A stretch of DNA of 64,000 bases, taken from positions 15,314,001 to 15,378,000 of the forward strand of contig JBHGNT010000010.1 in the NCBI GenBank assembly GCA_043228905.1. Reading direction: 5' to 3'. The translations under genes and the position numbers were made by a program. Numbering within the stretch: the stretch's first letter is position 1; the number at the start of each line of letters is the position of its first letter. This document shows positions 1 through 13,114 of the stretch, piece after piece. This DNA is from Azolla caroliniana. Taxonomy: Eukaryota; Plantae; Polypodiophyta. The notes below the pieces were generated by a model. The model made no database searches. It worked only from the letters and a program-made list of their open reading frames with translations, and was not told the DNA's origin.

Positions 1-2527
1 GAGGAGGAGAAGGAGTAAATATCAGACCTTGTATTTCTTGGTCTCCTTTCCAGATAAGAAGAAGAGGCCTTCTTCGGCAACAAGCTCGTGCTCAGCTTTT
101 AGAAAAGAATGCCAACACGTGTATCGTTCTCTCTCCTGAAGAGAAGGTCTCTAATAGGTCAGCTCAGATCAAGCTTTCAACAATGTTTATTTTCTAATTT
201 TTGTCACGATGAATGTTAGAAACTCGAGAAAAATATCTGGATTTTATTAGAGGATAATGCTAGATCAGACTCAAGAAGATGGAAGTGAAACATCAAACTT
301 TCACCACTTAATAGAAATATTTCGATTAGAAAAAACAAGTGAATATTTGGAGAAGAATTTCAAAACTTGTATCGGCCTTTTCTGTAGGAAGAGTATCGAA
401 ATGCTCAGTTTTAGTAGGTTTATCAATAAATACTTTCAATCATCACAGGAATTTTCAGAAATTTGTGTCACTGAGCTCGTTGGATTTTTTTTAGCATTGA
501 GAGCTTCAATTTATTTATTTTTACATTGGATTAGATTCAAGAAGCTCTAAGCTGGAAATACTGAGAATATCCTGGAGCTGATACACAGATTCATGAAGAT
601 GAATTCAGCAATTATGAATGTTTTCAGATATACTAGATTAGATTCAACAGATGAAATTCAGGAAATTCTGAATATTTCTGTGAAGACTGCAAATAATTGT
701 ATCACTTTTTCTCTGGAAGAGGTTTCTAGGAGGTCAAGTCAGAGCTATTGACGATAAATAATTTGAAATTAGAAATATTTTGGAGTATCCTTTTTATATT
801 ATTGGATGGCAATATTACATTAAATTTTAAGAAGATAAACTTGTGAAACAATTTCTAACCCTAAATAATTTTTCATGGAAACTCTGTACTTCAAGTGGTT
901 TGTGAATTGATTGTTGGGGAAACAAGCACAAATAAGTGATATAGACTTAGTATTTAATGTGAATGGATAGTGTCCACATCATCGTATGCATGCAAATTGT
1001 GGTATCACTACTTCTCATGTGGAGCATTTGTCAACACAGAAATGAGAGCGTGTTTCTCTGAAATCTCGTGTAGCGGTAATAATCTCTAACTAAAAGTTTT
1101 CATATATTAAGTATAACTCAAGAAAAACTTTCATCGACCTGTAGGATGTCTCTGTTGTTAGGATCCATCCAATGCAAAGGGATCTTGATTGATCTAACAC
1201 ATTACAAAGAGTGTGATCGCGGTGTAAGAGGGTTGTCTAATAAATCCATCTGCTGATACGTATAGGGAGAGGCATAGGTACTGAGCTATCTTCCTACTAT
1301 AGTTTATGGTAAGAAACAATGACAGTTGTAAATCCGAATTTCTAGATCTCAGCAACAAAATCAGAACACAAACTTTTTTTGTTTCATTTTTAAATCTAGA
1401 AATAGCTAAAGTAATGCTGGAAAACAACACTTCTAGTGCAAGGGAAATTGCCAATATGAGTATTGCTTAAAATTTCCCGTAAAACTTGTATCATTGTTGT
1501 GATTTGCAAATGATTGTTTATGTCTTACCAAATTAGCAACTTCATATTTCTATTGAGTATTTGGAAACTATTGTCATCCCTTCTATAGATTGTCTCTTTT
1601 CTAAGGTGGAAGTTTTTGTTGTTATGCTTGGTCTAATTATGTTTTGTACTGCAGGCGTGATAGCTACACCAGTCTTTTTCCTTGTCCTGAGGACAGCACA
1701 ACACCACGAACAGAGCATTTAGTTTGTTTAGAAGATGGGAATATTGTTGAAATAGTGTCCAAGTCTCTTGATCTTCCTACACAGTAAGTACAACTACTAG
1801 TCTTTGATATGATAAATATCTTGAATTCTATGAAGTGAAAAAAGATACTGAAGGTTTCTATTAGACTTTGCATTTCTTTATAAGGTTTTTTGATGCCGTA
1901 GAATTTAAAATGAAAGATTAGTTTCAAAGATATTAGAGAAAAAAACATTCTTTTTTTCCTCACTAGCAGTTGGACACATGTATCCAAATCACTTGGAGAG
2001 AAAATATTGATGTCTAGGCATAAATGCATGATGTTATGCTTACTTGGAGTCAAATAACTTGGAGAGAAAATATGTGATTCAAATTATGGAAACAATGCCC
2101 TCTCAAGCTGCTCATTCTTGTTAAATACATGTTGTTTATTTCATTTCCCATGCCTTTCTATGGAATCACATTGGCATTAGTACTGAAGGGACAAACTCGG
2201 AGAGAACAAAAAGGAGCCAAGAGACAAAAAGGAAGGAAAGAAGGAAGGAAGAAATATAATGTCTATTAAGAGGCCACTGTAGTGTGAAAGGGCCCAAATA
2301 ATGTAAAAGACTATAAAAGCGAGTTTTAGTACTCTTTGAGCTTGTTCTTCGTTTTCATCATTTGAGCTAGAGCCTTAGTTTGTGTGTGTATGTGTGTACC
2401 TGTTAGTTGGTGGTTTACACTATAGCATCAAAAGTCATAAAGTGAGAGAACCCAAGTTTGATTGTGGTCAAGAGGTAGGCCCCATCTCATAGATCACAAT
2501 CGGTCTCCTGTGGATGTTCAAAATCTT

Positions 2528-2558
<31 letters not shown>

Positions 2559-5500
2559 AAGCCTTGATTGAGACATCCATTAATAAAGTTCTTGAACATC
2601 AAACATTAAATTTCTATCTGAAGTGTTTGAGCTTGGCCCTTTTGAACATGAGTGTGGTTGCTTTATATTCTTAGGTAATGGCAGTTGTTGGCATCTTTAA
2701 TTTTCTTACATATTTTCACTAGTTAATCAAGTGAATGGGTAATGTAGTTTAAGTATTTCCGATAAACATATGCTTCATTTCTTTATATTGAATGTAAGAT
2801 TGAGATTAGACACAGTTAACATGATGAGCTTATCCACTCTGTTAATGCACTCAAAAGTGATTAATACCCTCTCTTGGCCTTTCCGCCAACAGCAGGGGGT
2901 TACCCCACATGATCCTTGTAATAATAAACTGACGAGGTAAACTCCCATTATAGGTTGAGTAGAAAAAATAGAGATAGAGCTTAGCATTTTGCATTGCTGC
3001 TAGGGACTTGGAGGGTTTCAACAAGTGTGGTTTCGAGCTTTTCATAAGCTCCCTAGGTGTATTAGAATGGTAGTAGGAGAGAGACCCATTTACTCATATT
3101 TATTTATTTGTTTAGTACATCGTTCTTTTCTTTATTGTTCCCTTATTGTGAGAATTTTTACTTTGTAGCTTTTAAGTGATTAATTTTGTTTTTTAAAATT
3201 TGTATGTGTTAAGTTATTCATTAACTCCGTGCATTCCGTGACAATCTACTGGAATTTTGTTAGAAAATCCCAAAAAAGATATCTTGACAAAGTGCTTATG
3301 AACTTGTCAACAGGGCAGGACCCTTTAATTACTAAGTACTTATGTACTCTCTTGTCAAGGTCATCAACCTTGTTAAAATTCTTGATGCTAAAAATTTCTA
3401 CAGGCTGTCAAACTTTTGACAAGTTGTCATTCTGGGAGCTGTCAAAAATTTGACGAGAACTCATTTAGGCGAGCCATCATTTCAACAAGTTCTCAATTCG
3501 ACGATTTGTTGAAAGTGGGCTCACTTTAGTGAGTCCTAGCTTCAGCAATTCATTGAGAGTAAATCACTTAGGCAAGTCCTGAACTTAGATGAGTCACTTT
3601 GATGAGCCCAAGAAATACTTACTAAATAAATATAAAGAAAACATTTGTAATTGTATGCTTTTTTGGTATAAAGTTTGGGAAACCCTTTCCTTTTCTTCTT
3701 GTTTTGGTATTTTTTCTTCATAGTATGAATTTTTTTTGCTAATATGGGAAATATACATATCATATCAACCTGACCACATAATAAAATATGTGGTATGATT
3801 ATACCCTCATAATTTGCACTATTTAATCACAATATTTGAGATTTAGTGAGATGAAATGTCACAAGGGATAGAATCTTGGGTTGAACAGTTCTATGTTTGA
3901 CCAACCACACAAAAGGATTTTGATTCATCAAGGCGACTAAATGAACAAAGCGAGTTCAGTGCACAAGTGATTAGGTTTGGTGGGTGCTCATACATAGTTT
4001 CGCTAGTGGATTTGAGTTCTAGCCACTTGTATTTGTAAACATTGGATATTATGAAAGAAAATTGCCAAAAAATGAAGGGTAAGGGTTTAGATATGTCCTA
4101 TATGAGAAGGTAAAATTGGTTGGAAGAGATATATGGGTCCCTATAGAAGATCCCTAAACCATGTATTTACCTTTTGGCCACAATGGTTAGGGAGGGGTAG
4201 GGGCTTACGAATGTGGCTAAGCGTTGTTTAATAAAAATGGTTACGTATGTGTCTAAACTTTGTTAATTTTTTGTTAAATGTACCATCCCTTTTTATTTTC
4301 AATGAAGAATAAAATAAATAAAGTAAAATCATTAGATATAAGAGAATATTTTCTTTATTTTCAATATTTTTTGAGCTAGTTGAAGTGACTTGTCTATGTT
4401 CAGCACTTCTAAGCAAGTTCACTCTCAACAAATCATCAAAGTGAGTTCAATTTTAACAAATCTTGAAGTGAGAACTTGCCTAAGTGAATTTACTTTCGAA
4501 GAATTGTTAAAGTGAGAACTTGTCTAGATGAGTTCTAAATGGAATATTGACAAGTCTAAATTTTTGACAGCCCATTGAAATTTTGGAGTCAAGAATTTTG
4601 ACGAGGTTGTGAGCCTTGAGGATCATGTTTTGGGCAACCATTTTGTAATCCAAGGGTTCTAGCTTCTTGACAAATACATCGGTACTTTGTCAGGATTTTA
4701 CTAAATAAATCCTCAAAAATTAATGAAAAAATTAGCACATAAAAATTTAGCTCAAAAGAGCACCAAAAATGACTTCTATAGTGTTCTATGTTATTTGTGC
4801 CCATTCATGGCTAATAAGTCTGTCTCATACCTCTGAACTTATCCCTGTTGTACCCATGCCAATGTGATGTCGTTGAAGAGGCATTGGAAGTGAAGCAATA
4901 CGGCAGGTCCTTTGAAGTGTTGAAAAAGTATGCCCCCTACACTACTTGTCTTTCAGCTCTTGTGCTGAATTCATTCTACAAATAAACTGTAGCTTATCAC
5001 ATGCACATGCATTGCTCAACTATACTAGTCTTGTAGTTCCTTGGATGCATTCATGCATGGAGACCTTAACAAGGGATACAATGGGATCTCTCTCCATAGG
5101 ATGTATGGGGTTTAGGGATGAGACCCCTATTTTTTGTAACATATACATGGGAATTAAAATATTTTAGTTAGAGAGGGCTTAGCAAGAGGGATTTTATAAA
5201 GGAGAAATGAAGACCAAAGTTCTAATATGGTAGTTTCAACTTCGAATATAGTTTTTTTTATTACCCTTTAAAGATTATATCTTGTCTATATTTTTTTTTA
5301 GTTGAAGAAAATGATATTCTATTCTTACTATATAATTTATTGTTATCAAATAATAAAATATGATTGACTACTTTGTATGATTAGGTATGTTGAAGAGTTG
5401 ATCCATTTTGGAGCTATATACTATGCTCTTGTATGCCCTCCTCCACCAAAAGGTTCTATCACCCCATTACAATGGGAGCTTTACAAGAAAGCAGCTGCTC

Positions 5501-7205
5501 TCTCTCAAAATAAGAAGCGCCCTTCTTTGAAAGGGAAAACTATTGCAGAAGCTCAGAAGACATTTCGGATTTCAAATATTTATGAAGGAGTAGAGGCGGG
5601 TTCATACTTGAGAGTTCATGTACATATTAAAAGGTTTCCTAGGTATGGATTTTTGTGCTCTTCTCATATACTGTCTGGAATTTCTTGAACTCATTTTTGA
5701 GATCCTTTGAAAAATCATTTTAAGGTGCTATGACGTGGATTGGAAGTCTAGAGTGATTGCTCAGACAGAAACCTATGTGGTTTTAGACAAGCCTGCGGGT
5801 ATACCGGTATGTGCAATGTCAACAATGATGGTATCTAGAAAAGAATCAAACAAAAGAAGCTGTTGAAGTGACTCATTCTTTTGGCAAAGATTGTAGGTAG
5901 GAAGTGCACTTGATAACATAATTGAGTGTTGTGCTGTATTCACAACTCGTGCTTTGTGCTTAAAGGATCCCTTACGACTTACTCATCAGATTGACAATTG
6001 CACAGAGGGCTGGTATAGATTTCTACATTTCTCACCAATTCTTTTGCAGTGTATTTTTTAGTGTTTATATAAAATCAATTGCTCAATTTACTATGTGTAT
6101 CACAATCTTCTAGTGTAGTTCTTGCAAAAACTAAGGAATTTTCATCACAGTTCCATCAGCGGTTGAGGGTGAGATATACACCTTGTACCTGGATACTTGT
6201 TAATAATGAGAACATTCTAGACACAAGAAATTATGATTATTTTGCTACCATTGTCAGAATAGAGAGGTACAGAAGAACTATCTTGCGATTGCAGCTGCAC
6301 CGGTGCCACTCGGGGTAATCACGCATTATATGCGTCCTGGAGATCGCCCACCACGAATTTTATCCCCAGGTAATATACAAATTTACATATGTTGAAAGGA
6401 CTTGTTTCATCAGGAATTTCTTGTTCGCTCTAGTTTTTGAAGCTAACAGACTGAAATATTGTGATTGCTAAAAGTAAACAAACACCAAAGTTCAAGGGTA
6501 TTTGTGGTAATTTTTTGAAAACCATGGGATATTCGGCCAAACCTTTAGAAGTTTAAGGTTATTTTGGTGTTTTTCCATTGCTCAGATATAGGTTGAAAAA
6601 TTTGGTCCTTTGTTATTCCTGCAGTACCTTTGCCTGGTTGGGCTAAATGCCAGTTGGAGGTTTTGGAGTGTGAGGAGATCTCATGGCCATCACCAGAGGT
6701 AGAAGCAAGTTATCGTATACAAAACGCAGGATGGGAAAGAAAGAAGTCTGCATATGAATGTAAAGTGAAGCTCATTACCGGTCGTACACATCAGGTCTCT
6801 TCAAGTTATTTTCAAGTCATGTCTAGCCTGCAGTTGAATCTCTTTTTGTATGCGAACTTATTTCAAATCTGTTATTGATGAATCAATGGTTTCTTATTCG
6901 GGCGATTCTTGCTTTTGGTTTAGATACGGGCACAGTTTGCAGCCTTAAAAGCACCAATTGTTGGTGATTCCATGTATATGCCGGCAGCATTAAGCCTTAT
7001 AAACTCACCCGATGACTATCCATTCGCAACAACTTTGGTTGATGATGATGATGGTATTGAGGTTGACGTTGATGAAAATGCTTTAGACAAATGGGCTGCA
7101 GTGCATGGCTGGGAGCCGGACTGTGCAATAGGATTGAAAGCGAATGAGATAAGTTGGGATGATGGTGCATGTGTTTATAAGGCAAAGGACCCATGGTGGA
7201 GATGA
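1..7205 (+). CDS. RluA-family RNA pseudouridine synthase, PUS6-like (probably plastid), multi-exon; 5' end lies before the window
   Basis: Spliced frame: open exon to 157 (AG|GT, transit-peptide-like), 1655-1783 (LFPCPEDSTTPRTEHLV), 5385-5642 (LIHFGAIYYALVCP...YLRVHVHIKRFPR), then exons with DWKSRVIA..VVLDKPAG, HQIDNCTEG (catalytic Asp motif), LITGRTHQ|IRAQ, and last exon 6924-7205 (PIVGDSMY...PWWR*). GT-AG junctions are in phase. Confidence 0.9.
3280..4700. mobile_element. Degenerate non-autonomous DNA transposon / foldback with ~330-bp terminal inverted repeats, in a PUS intron
   Basis: ~3280-3605 is the degenerate reverse complement of ~4380-4700 (e.g. tcaaggtcatcaaccttgttaaaattcttga vs tcaagaattttgacgaggttgtgagccttga; cttgacaaagtgc vs gtactttgtcagg). 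No TSD resolved. Confidence 0.6.
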
Positions 7206-9374
7206 CTTAAATATATCTCTGCAAGAAGATATAGGAAATCCACCCATGTAGCGATTTCTTGGCAATATGGCTTCTTGAAAGGTGCCAAGAAGACCATTGC
7301 AATTGAGATCTAATCATTTGTAATTGAAGGTCCGCGTTGAGGTTACTTAATGCAGAGGCTATCGCTTTCACAAATATGATTTTATCCTGCTGGAAAAATG
7401 TCTTGTCCATAGGAGAAAGTTATGGTAACTACATCATTGAATTAAATTTAATGAATTCTTCAACAGAGTTATGGAAAAAGGTCCCCCTGTTAATTAAATT
7501 GCGGGTTGAAGCTGAACTTCTGTGGAAATGTTTATGAAGAGCACGAGATTTCATGGAAATGTGCCGAAGCTTTAATTAAATTCCCCTAAATATTTGAGGG
7601 TTTTCTTGTAATTTTCTATTATTAGCATGAGAAGGGAAGTTGCCACTCACTAACAAAGTTTGCTAACAGAAAATTTCCTGAACATTTAGCTCAGTAGAAT
7701 CTTTACCAAAGTGATTTACAAGAGGATGTCTTGGGAAGGCAAGTTTGATGACAACGAAGTATCATTGATTGTGTCAATATTAGTTGGGATTGAAACATTT
7801 AGATTGATTATGTCTTCCAATAAATAGGTAATTATGCTTGGTATGATCCTGAATTGTAATCATCCCTAGAGTTCACCAATTGTAATTTAGGTTCGATGTG
7901 AGATTTTAATGAGAAATACATCACATTGGGAGGAAGTTCTGATTTTGTTAATGGGATTTAGGTCATCTTGGTTGGTTAATTTGATTCCTAGGTTAAATTG
8001 TGGTTAGAGAGTGCGGGCCAATCAATTTGTGTAAGCTTAGGAAATTAAATACCCGACACTTTGAGAGGGGTGCTTGGTAATGTAACCTTTAGAGTATGTT
8101 AAATCACATAAAATGTAAAGCTTATTATGTTGCAGTAAAATAGATGTCCTGTGTTTGGGTGGAGGGTAGCCTATCTTAGTGTTATCTATTTTTAGCAATC
8201 CAAGCTGAACCCCTCCCCCCCCCCCATTAAATTCCATACAAATGGAAGTTGGGTACTCCTACAATGTCATTAATTTCTAGTGATATACTTAATTTATCCA
8301 TCCATATTGTAGCAAAAATGATAGGCTACCCTCCCTCGTTTCTATTCTGCTTGACCTCTTTGTAATGTTGTCAAAGACCTCGACATGGTGAAAAGAGCAC
8401 TTCTTTTAATGCTTTATGACCATTGACACGCATTAAAAAAGCGCCCTAAACATTAATAAAAATTAAGACTTTTGATATGTTAATGATACAAGTTATGGTA
8501 TATCCTATGATCATGTGTTGCAATTACTAGTTCACCTTATGCTCCCATGATCTTGATGTCATGATACTAACATCCTCGATTTCTCTGTGGCCCTTCTATT
8601 TTGTTCAAAAGTATCTGAATGTTAAGGACTTATACTTATGATATCAAGTATAAGAATGACTAAGCCTGTTCCAAGCACAGGAAAACACTACACATTAATT
8701 TTAAATGTAGTAAGAGAAGTAAAATACTTGAGGACAATTTATGAATGTCCATTTCTGTTTCTCTACACAGAGTTCGAAATTTATATACCTAAAAACCAAT
8801 TGATATCCATACACTTTGCTTAGCTTTGTTAATTTCATCCCGACATTTAGATGGCAAACAATAATCTCCATTCCATACTCAATACTTCAAATGAAAAAAG
8901 AAATACACAACTTTCTTTTACTTCAAACGCCTATTACTGCATCAAGATTAAAAAATGTGTTACTTGGGTATTTCTAATGCTTTTCACCACTCAAACCCAC
9001 AGAGATGATACACTTGTTCTTTCTCTTTTACTCTTGGTTTCATAAATATACCCCTCCACCAAATGAACATCAAAATGTTACACATAAAACATAACCAATG
9101 CAGAAAAAAATCTTGTTAACAAACCTAATTGAGGAATGAACACAAGTTGATAAGCATTTTGAGGGGAAAATAAAGACATTTAAGAAAAAGCCGAGATATC
9201 TGAGACATGGCTTCCAACATCAAATTTGATGAAAGATATCATATGATGGGCTTGATTCCATAGAATCACCTTGACTTGGACATCAAAGGAAACCATCCTT
9301 GTTATTTTTCCTCTCTCTAATGTACAAAATTTTAATCAAAATCCATCACAGTTATGTGCCATAACTAGCTACTA

Positions 9375-12071
9375 TTACTTCCATCTGCTAGGCTGCTGTG
9401 ACAATGCCCGATGCATTTCGAGGATTTGATCAATTGAAACAGGGATCCATCTCTCTCCTGTTTGAGCATACATTCTTTGTTGTGCATTATCCATACATAT
9501 ACTAACCGAACCAAATCCGTACACTTGAAGACCCTCATGCATCCTCCCTACCTTGGGGAGGAACATTACATCATTCTTCTCTGCCTCACCCTCCACAATC
9601 TCTTTCAAACTCATCTCTGGAGCTCCCATTCCATTCTCAGATAAAACAGGCCCCTGATTACCATAAACTGATGCATTCCTTTGTGCATAAGCCGCTTGTT
9701 GTCGATGCTGTTGTTGGGTTTCAAATTGCCTTTTCTCAGTCACTCGAAGATAGCTTACATTCTCTCTTGCACCTGGTGGCACTACAGCCATACCCTGAAC
9801 AGCTTTATCCATCATATCAAGAGCGATTTGCAGCTGGGTTCGAATCCTTTCGTTTGCACGTAGGTCATCAGAAAACTGTGATTTCCAACCCAAATACCAG
9901 TCGGTGACTTCCACTAAATCAGGACTAGAACAAAGCCAGTGGTAAAGAACTTGATGCCATTTCGGAAAAAATACCGCTTCTAGCATTGCAACCATGTGAT
10001 GGATAGGTATGGCTGCTGCCCATTCCATCACCCAATGGAATGGTTGTAGTTGCTGCGATTGAGGGTTAATCACAAGCTCTTGCAAAGCACCAATAAGCTT
10101 TGGAAGTATCGATCTAACCAATAATTGCTCCCAACTTCCGGGATCAAATACTGGTTGCCAAGGAGATAAAAGCAAATAAGCTGAACGATCACTGGGATGC
10201 CATGCCCTTAATGCATCTCCTAACTTGAATCGAATTGGATGATAGAGGGGCTCTAGCCGTTGACCTAAATAAGGAAGCCATGGATGAAGCCATTCATGTA
10301 TTGCTACGGTCTCCTGCCTAGGATCCCAGCGATCAACTGCCATAGTGAGCTTGGGTAATATCACATGCTCGAGTATTGTGTTTAATACTGGTTTGGGTAA
10401 CAAACTCTCCCATATCTCCAAGAATTTTATCATAGGTTCAGGATCCCGGGGTTCCCATATGTTTGTGGCAACATACCTTACGGCAGGAAAGACAGCTTCC
10501 ATTACTAGCTGAGCATAAGGCGAGTCTCCAAGAGAGTTTCCATAGCTATTTACGTCAGGAAAGATCGAAAAATCTATAGCATCTTCCCCTTGTAATAGGC
10601 CTTTCCATCGATGGATTGCATCTGTGCCATGAAGAGGTTGAAGCAATGGCTCCCACCCTTGAAATATTTTAACCATCAAAGGCAACCCAAATGACAAAGC
10701 TAGGCATGAAAGGTTGTGAAGTTTGTATTCCTCACTATGCTCCTTTTGTAAAGATGTAAATGTCTTTTCAATCTCATCCAAGCTCACCGTACCAATCATA
10801 GCTTTCTCCCTTATATTCTCTATTTCTTTAGAGATATATTCTAAGGTTTCTATGAGCTCTATTTGCCGATCGGCTTCGCGCTTGAGCTTAACTCTCTCTT
10901 TCTCTAAAATAACAGTGGTTTCTTTCTCATGCTTCAATTTCTTATCACACGTTTGGATGTCTGCCTCAACTAAATCCACAATCAATCTAATATTATGTTG
11001 AAGCTCAGGCATCGGGACATCATCTTCTATATCAGTTTGCTCGGCATTTATATGTTCAAGATTCTTAAGAACCCTGACCTGTGGTCCTCTCATGTCTAAG
11101 ATGGTTTGGACATGTTCAATCTCTTGTTCACTCTTCTGAAGCAACAAATCGTCAGCTGTTTTAACGCTTTTCTTCTTCCCTTTAAACTTCTTCAACCAAA
11201 GTTTTTCTTTAGCTTTAGTTTCTTTCACCTTCTTCTCTTCAATCTCCTCAATCCCAGGAAGAAGAGCTCCTGAAGACGAAGCAGCTATGGAATTTGACGC
11301 TTCTTTATAGTCATTGAATCCCATACCCATATTCTTGGGTCTTAACTTAGCTTCAATAGGGACAGCTATGCCTTGTTGATTCTTTCCAAGGCCTCCTCCT
11401 TTATATCCCATCTTCTCGAGAAGCTTCATACCTATACCTTTGGTATGCTTTTCGAACTCAGCCCCTCCCGAGGAAGAAGAGATCCCTCTGCTTTTTGGAA
11501 AGGAAACACTAGATTTGTCCTTTTCTCTCTCTTTCTTTTCTTTTCTTTCCTTCTCTCTCTTCTCTGCGCCTTCTTGGACTCTCTTACCAAAAGCGGAGAA
11601 TGACAGGAGGCTTTCTTGCTCTACATCTTCTGCAGAAGAACCTGCAAACCCTAACCCTACCCCGAACCCTAACCCTAACCCTGAAGAAGAACCTCCAGAT
11701 CCTAAACCAGGCCTACCATGTCCATGATCTTTCGAAATCTTGTCTTCTGATTCGTCATCTTCTTCACCTTCATCCTCTTTCTCTTCTTCTGTTTTCTGTA
11801 CTTCCTCAGAAGGCATAAAAGTTCCAGTAGAGATGAAATTCACAGGTTTAGTGAGGTCACCTTTCTTGACGACATCTCGACGCTTCCTTCTTGAGGATTC
11901 GTCTCCATCAGAGTCGTCGCTGTCTTCATTGAAATCACCATAGAGAGCTTCTTCACGAGTCTGGTTCCTCTTCTTCTTGCGAGAAGAATAGTAGAATTCG
12001 CCGCCAATCCACTGGCCCCCAGTGTAATCATTGTCCATGCTGAAGTTCTCCATGTGCTGGTATTCCTCCAT
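9375..12071 (-). CDS. TFIP11: Tuftelin-interacting protein 11 / STIPL1 / NTR1 homolog (spliceosome disassembly factor), intronless
   Basis: MEEYQHMENFSMDNDYTGGQWIGGEFYY N-terminus, G-patch (FEKHTKGIGMKLLEKMGYKGGGLGKNQQGI), GCFC-type region (WDPRQETVAIHEWLHPWLP). The ORF-track start at 12104 is GTG; the first ATG is at 12071. Confidence 0.95.
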   Translation of the reverse strand: MEEYQHMENFSMDNDYTGGQWIGGEFYYSSRKKKRNQTREEALYGDFNEDSDDSDGDESSRRKRRDVVKKGDLTKPVNFISTGTFMPSEEVQKTEEEKEDEGEEDDESEDKISKDHGHGRPGLGSGGSSSGLGLGFGVGLGFAGSSAEDVEQESLLSFSAFGKRVQEGAEKREKERKEKKEREKDKSSVSFPKSRGISSSSGGAEFEKHTKGIGMKLLEKMGYKGGGLGKNQQGIAVPIEAKLRPKNMGMGFNDYKEASNSIAASSSGALLPGIEEIEEKKVKETKAKEKLWLKKFKGKKKSVKTADDLLLQKSEQEIEHVQTILDMRGPQVRVLKNLEHINAEQTDIEDDVPMPELQHNIRLIVDLVEADIQTCDKKLKHEKETTVILEKERVKLKREADRQIELIETLEYISKEIENIREKAMIGTVSLDEIEKTFTSLQKEHSEEYKLHNLSCLALSFGLPLMVKIFQGWEPLLQPLHGTDAIHRWKGLLQGEDAIDFSIFPDVNSYGNSLGDSPYAQLVMEAVFPAVRYVATNIWEPRDPEPMIKFLEIWESLLPKPVLNTILEHVILPKLTMAVDRWDPRQETVAIHEWLHPWLPYLGQRLEPLYHPIRFKLGDALRAWHPSDRSAYLLLSPWQPVFDPGSWEQLLVRSILPKLIGALQELVINPQSQQLQPFHWVMEWAAAIPIHHMVAMLEAVFFPKWHQVLYHWLCSSPDLVEVTDWYLGWKSQFSDDLRANERIRTQLQIALDMMDKAVQGMAVVPPGARENVSYLRVTEKRQFETQQQHRQQAAYAQRNASVYGNQGPVLSENGMGAPEMSLKEIVEGEAEKNDVMFLPKVGRMHEGLQVYGFGSVSICMDNAQQRMYAQTGERWIPVSIDQILEMHRALSQQPSRWK

Positions 12072-12582
12072 GTCTACGGATATGGAGGCAACAGGGAAGA
12101 CCACTTCGCCTTCTTATATCTTTTCTCTCTTCCTCACTCTTCCCTTCGTCTTCGTCTTCCTCTGTTTCCTTTCTTCTTTTTCAAAGCTCTTCGCTCGTTC
12201 CTTCTTCCTTCCGCCTTTTTCTTTCTTTTTTCTTTCTTCTGTCTGTCGTCGACAGCTTGAGATTGAGCTCCTTCGTCGCTCGCGCCCCGTCTGCAGAGAG
12301 AACCTAAGAAGAAGAAGAAGACGAAGAAGAAGAAGAAGAATGAAAGAAAGAAAGATACAGGGGAAGTAAAAGTCTCTTCTTATACTCTTCTTCTTCTTCT
12401 TCTTCTTCTTCTTCATTCATATTTTTTCATATTTATAGTAGTAAATTGTTGGTTTTTTCCCACAATATCTCTCTCTCTCTCTAATTGTATATGTAAAATC
12501 CAGTTAGTTACAACACTTCTTACTTAGTCTCCTCTACCTATCATATATATATATATATATATTATATATACATATATATGTA

Positions 12583-12656
12583 GTGCGGGGGCAGGGTTTG
12601 AACCCGCAATCTTCAGGTCATGAGCCTGACGAGTTGGCCATTTACTCCACCCTGCA
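12583..12656 (-). tRNA. trnfM: Mitochondrial-type tRNA-fMet(CAU) copy (NUMT, probably non-functional)
   Basis: Minus strand TGCAGGGTGGAGTAAATGGCCAACTCGTCAGGCTCATGACCTGAAGATTGCGGGTTCAAACCCTGCCCCCGCAC folds as a cloverleaf with anticodon CAT at 12620-12622. Resembles plant mitochondrial rather than plastid trnfM. Confidence 0.85.
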
Positions 12657-13026
12657 AGCAAGCAAGCTTTCAATTGATCTCTCTCTAGCGAATCGGAATT
12701 TATCTTAGAAAAAAAGAAGCCGGCCAACTCCTATTCAATCTACTTGTGCGGGGGAATGTTTGCTTGCCCGTAGACCCAACTCCACGTGTTATTGATCGCA
12801 TTTCCCATTGTCCGTCCAAATGAACTTGCACTACTGGTTATTTAAAGCAGCATTGATGTTACCTTAAAAGCAGCAAGCGCGCAAGAAAAGAAAAGAAAAG
12901 AAGCAAAAACTAGCACTCCCTTACCGGCTAGGTCTCTCCCAGCAGGGCACTGCCGCATTCCCAAAAAGCAATGTATGGGTTTCTTCCATCATGTCACTGT
13001 CGCATCACTCGTGCTTTGCACTCGCT

Positions 13027-13114
13027 CAAAGGAAATGGGATTTGAACCCATGATACAAGAAGATTGTATGTTGATTTAGCAAACAAATGCCTTAAGCCCC
13101 TCAACCATACCTTC
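13027..13114 (-). tRNA. trnS: Mitochondrial-type tRNA-Ser(GCU) copy (NUMT, probably non-functional)
   Basis: 88 nt, GAAGGTATGGTTGAGGGGCTTAAGGCATTTGTTTGCTAAATCAACATACAATCTTCTTGTATCATGGGTTCAAATCCCATTTCCTTTG; anticodon GCT at 13078-13080 and a long variable arm. Confidence 0.85.

Noticed and set aside
7530-8110. Possible solo LTR (a similar candidate lies at ~2184-2500)
   Set aside because: Composition is LTR-like, but I could not find matching termini with a TSD.
11648-11682. Telomere-like (CCCTAA)n run
   Set aside because: It lies inside the TFIP11 CDS and encodes GLGLGFGVGLGF on the minus strand.
12583-13114. Plastid origin, or functional nuclear tRNA genes
   Set aside because: The sequences resemble mitochondrial isoacceptors, are linked to nad7 and carry stem mismatches.
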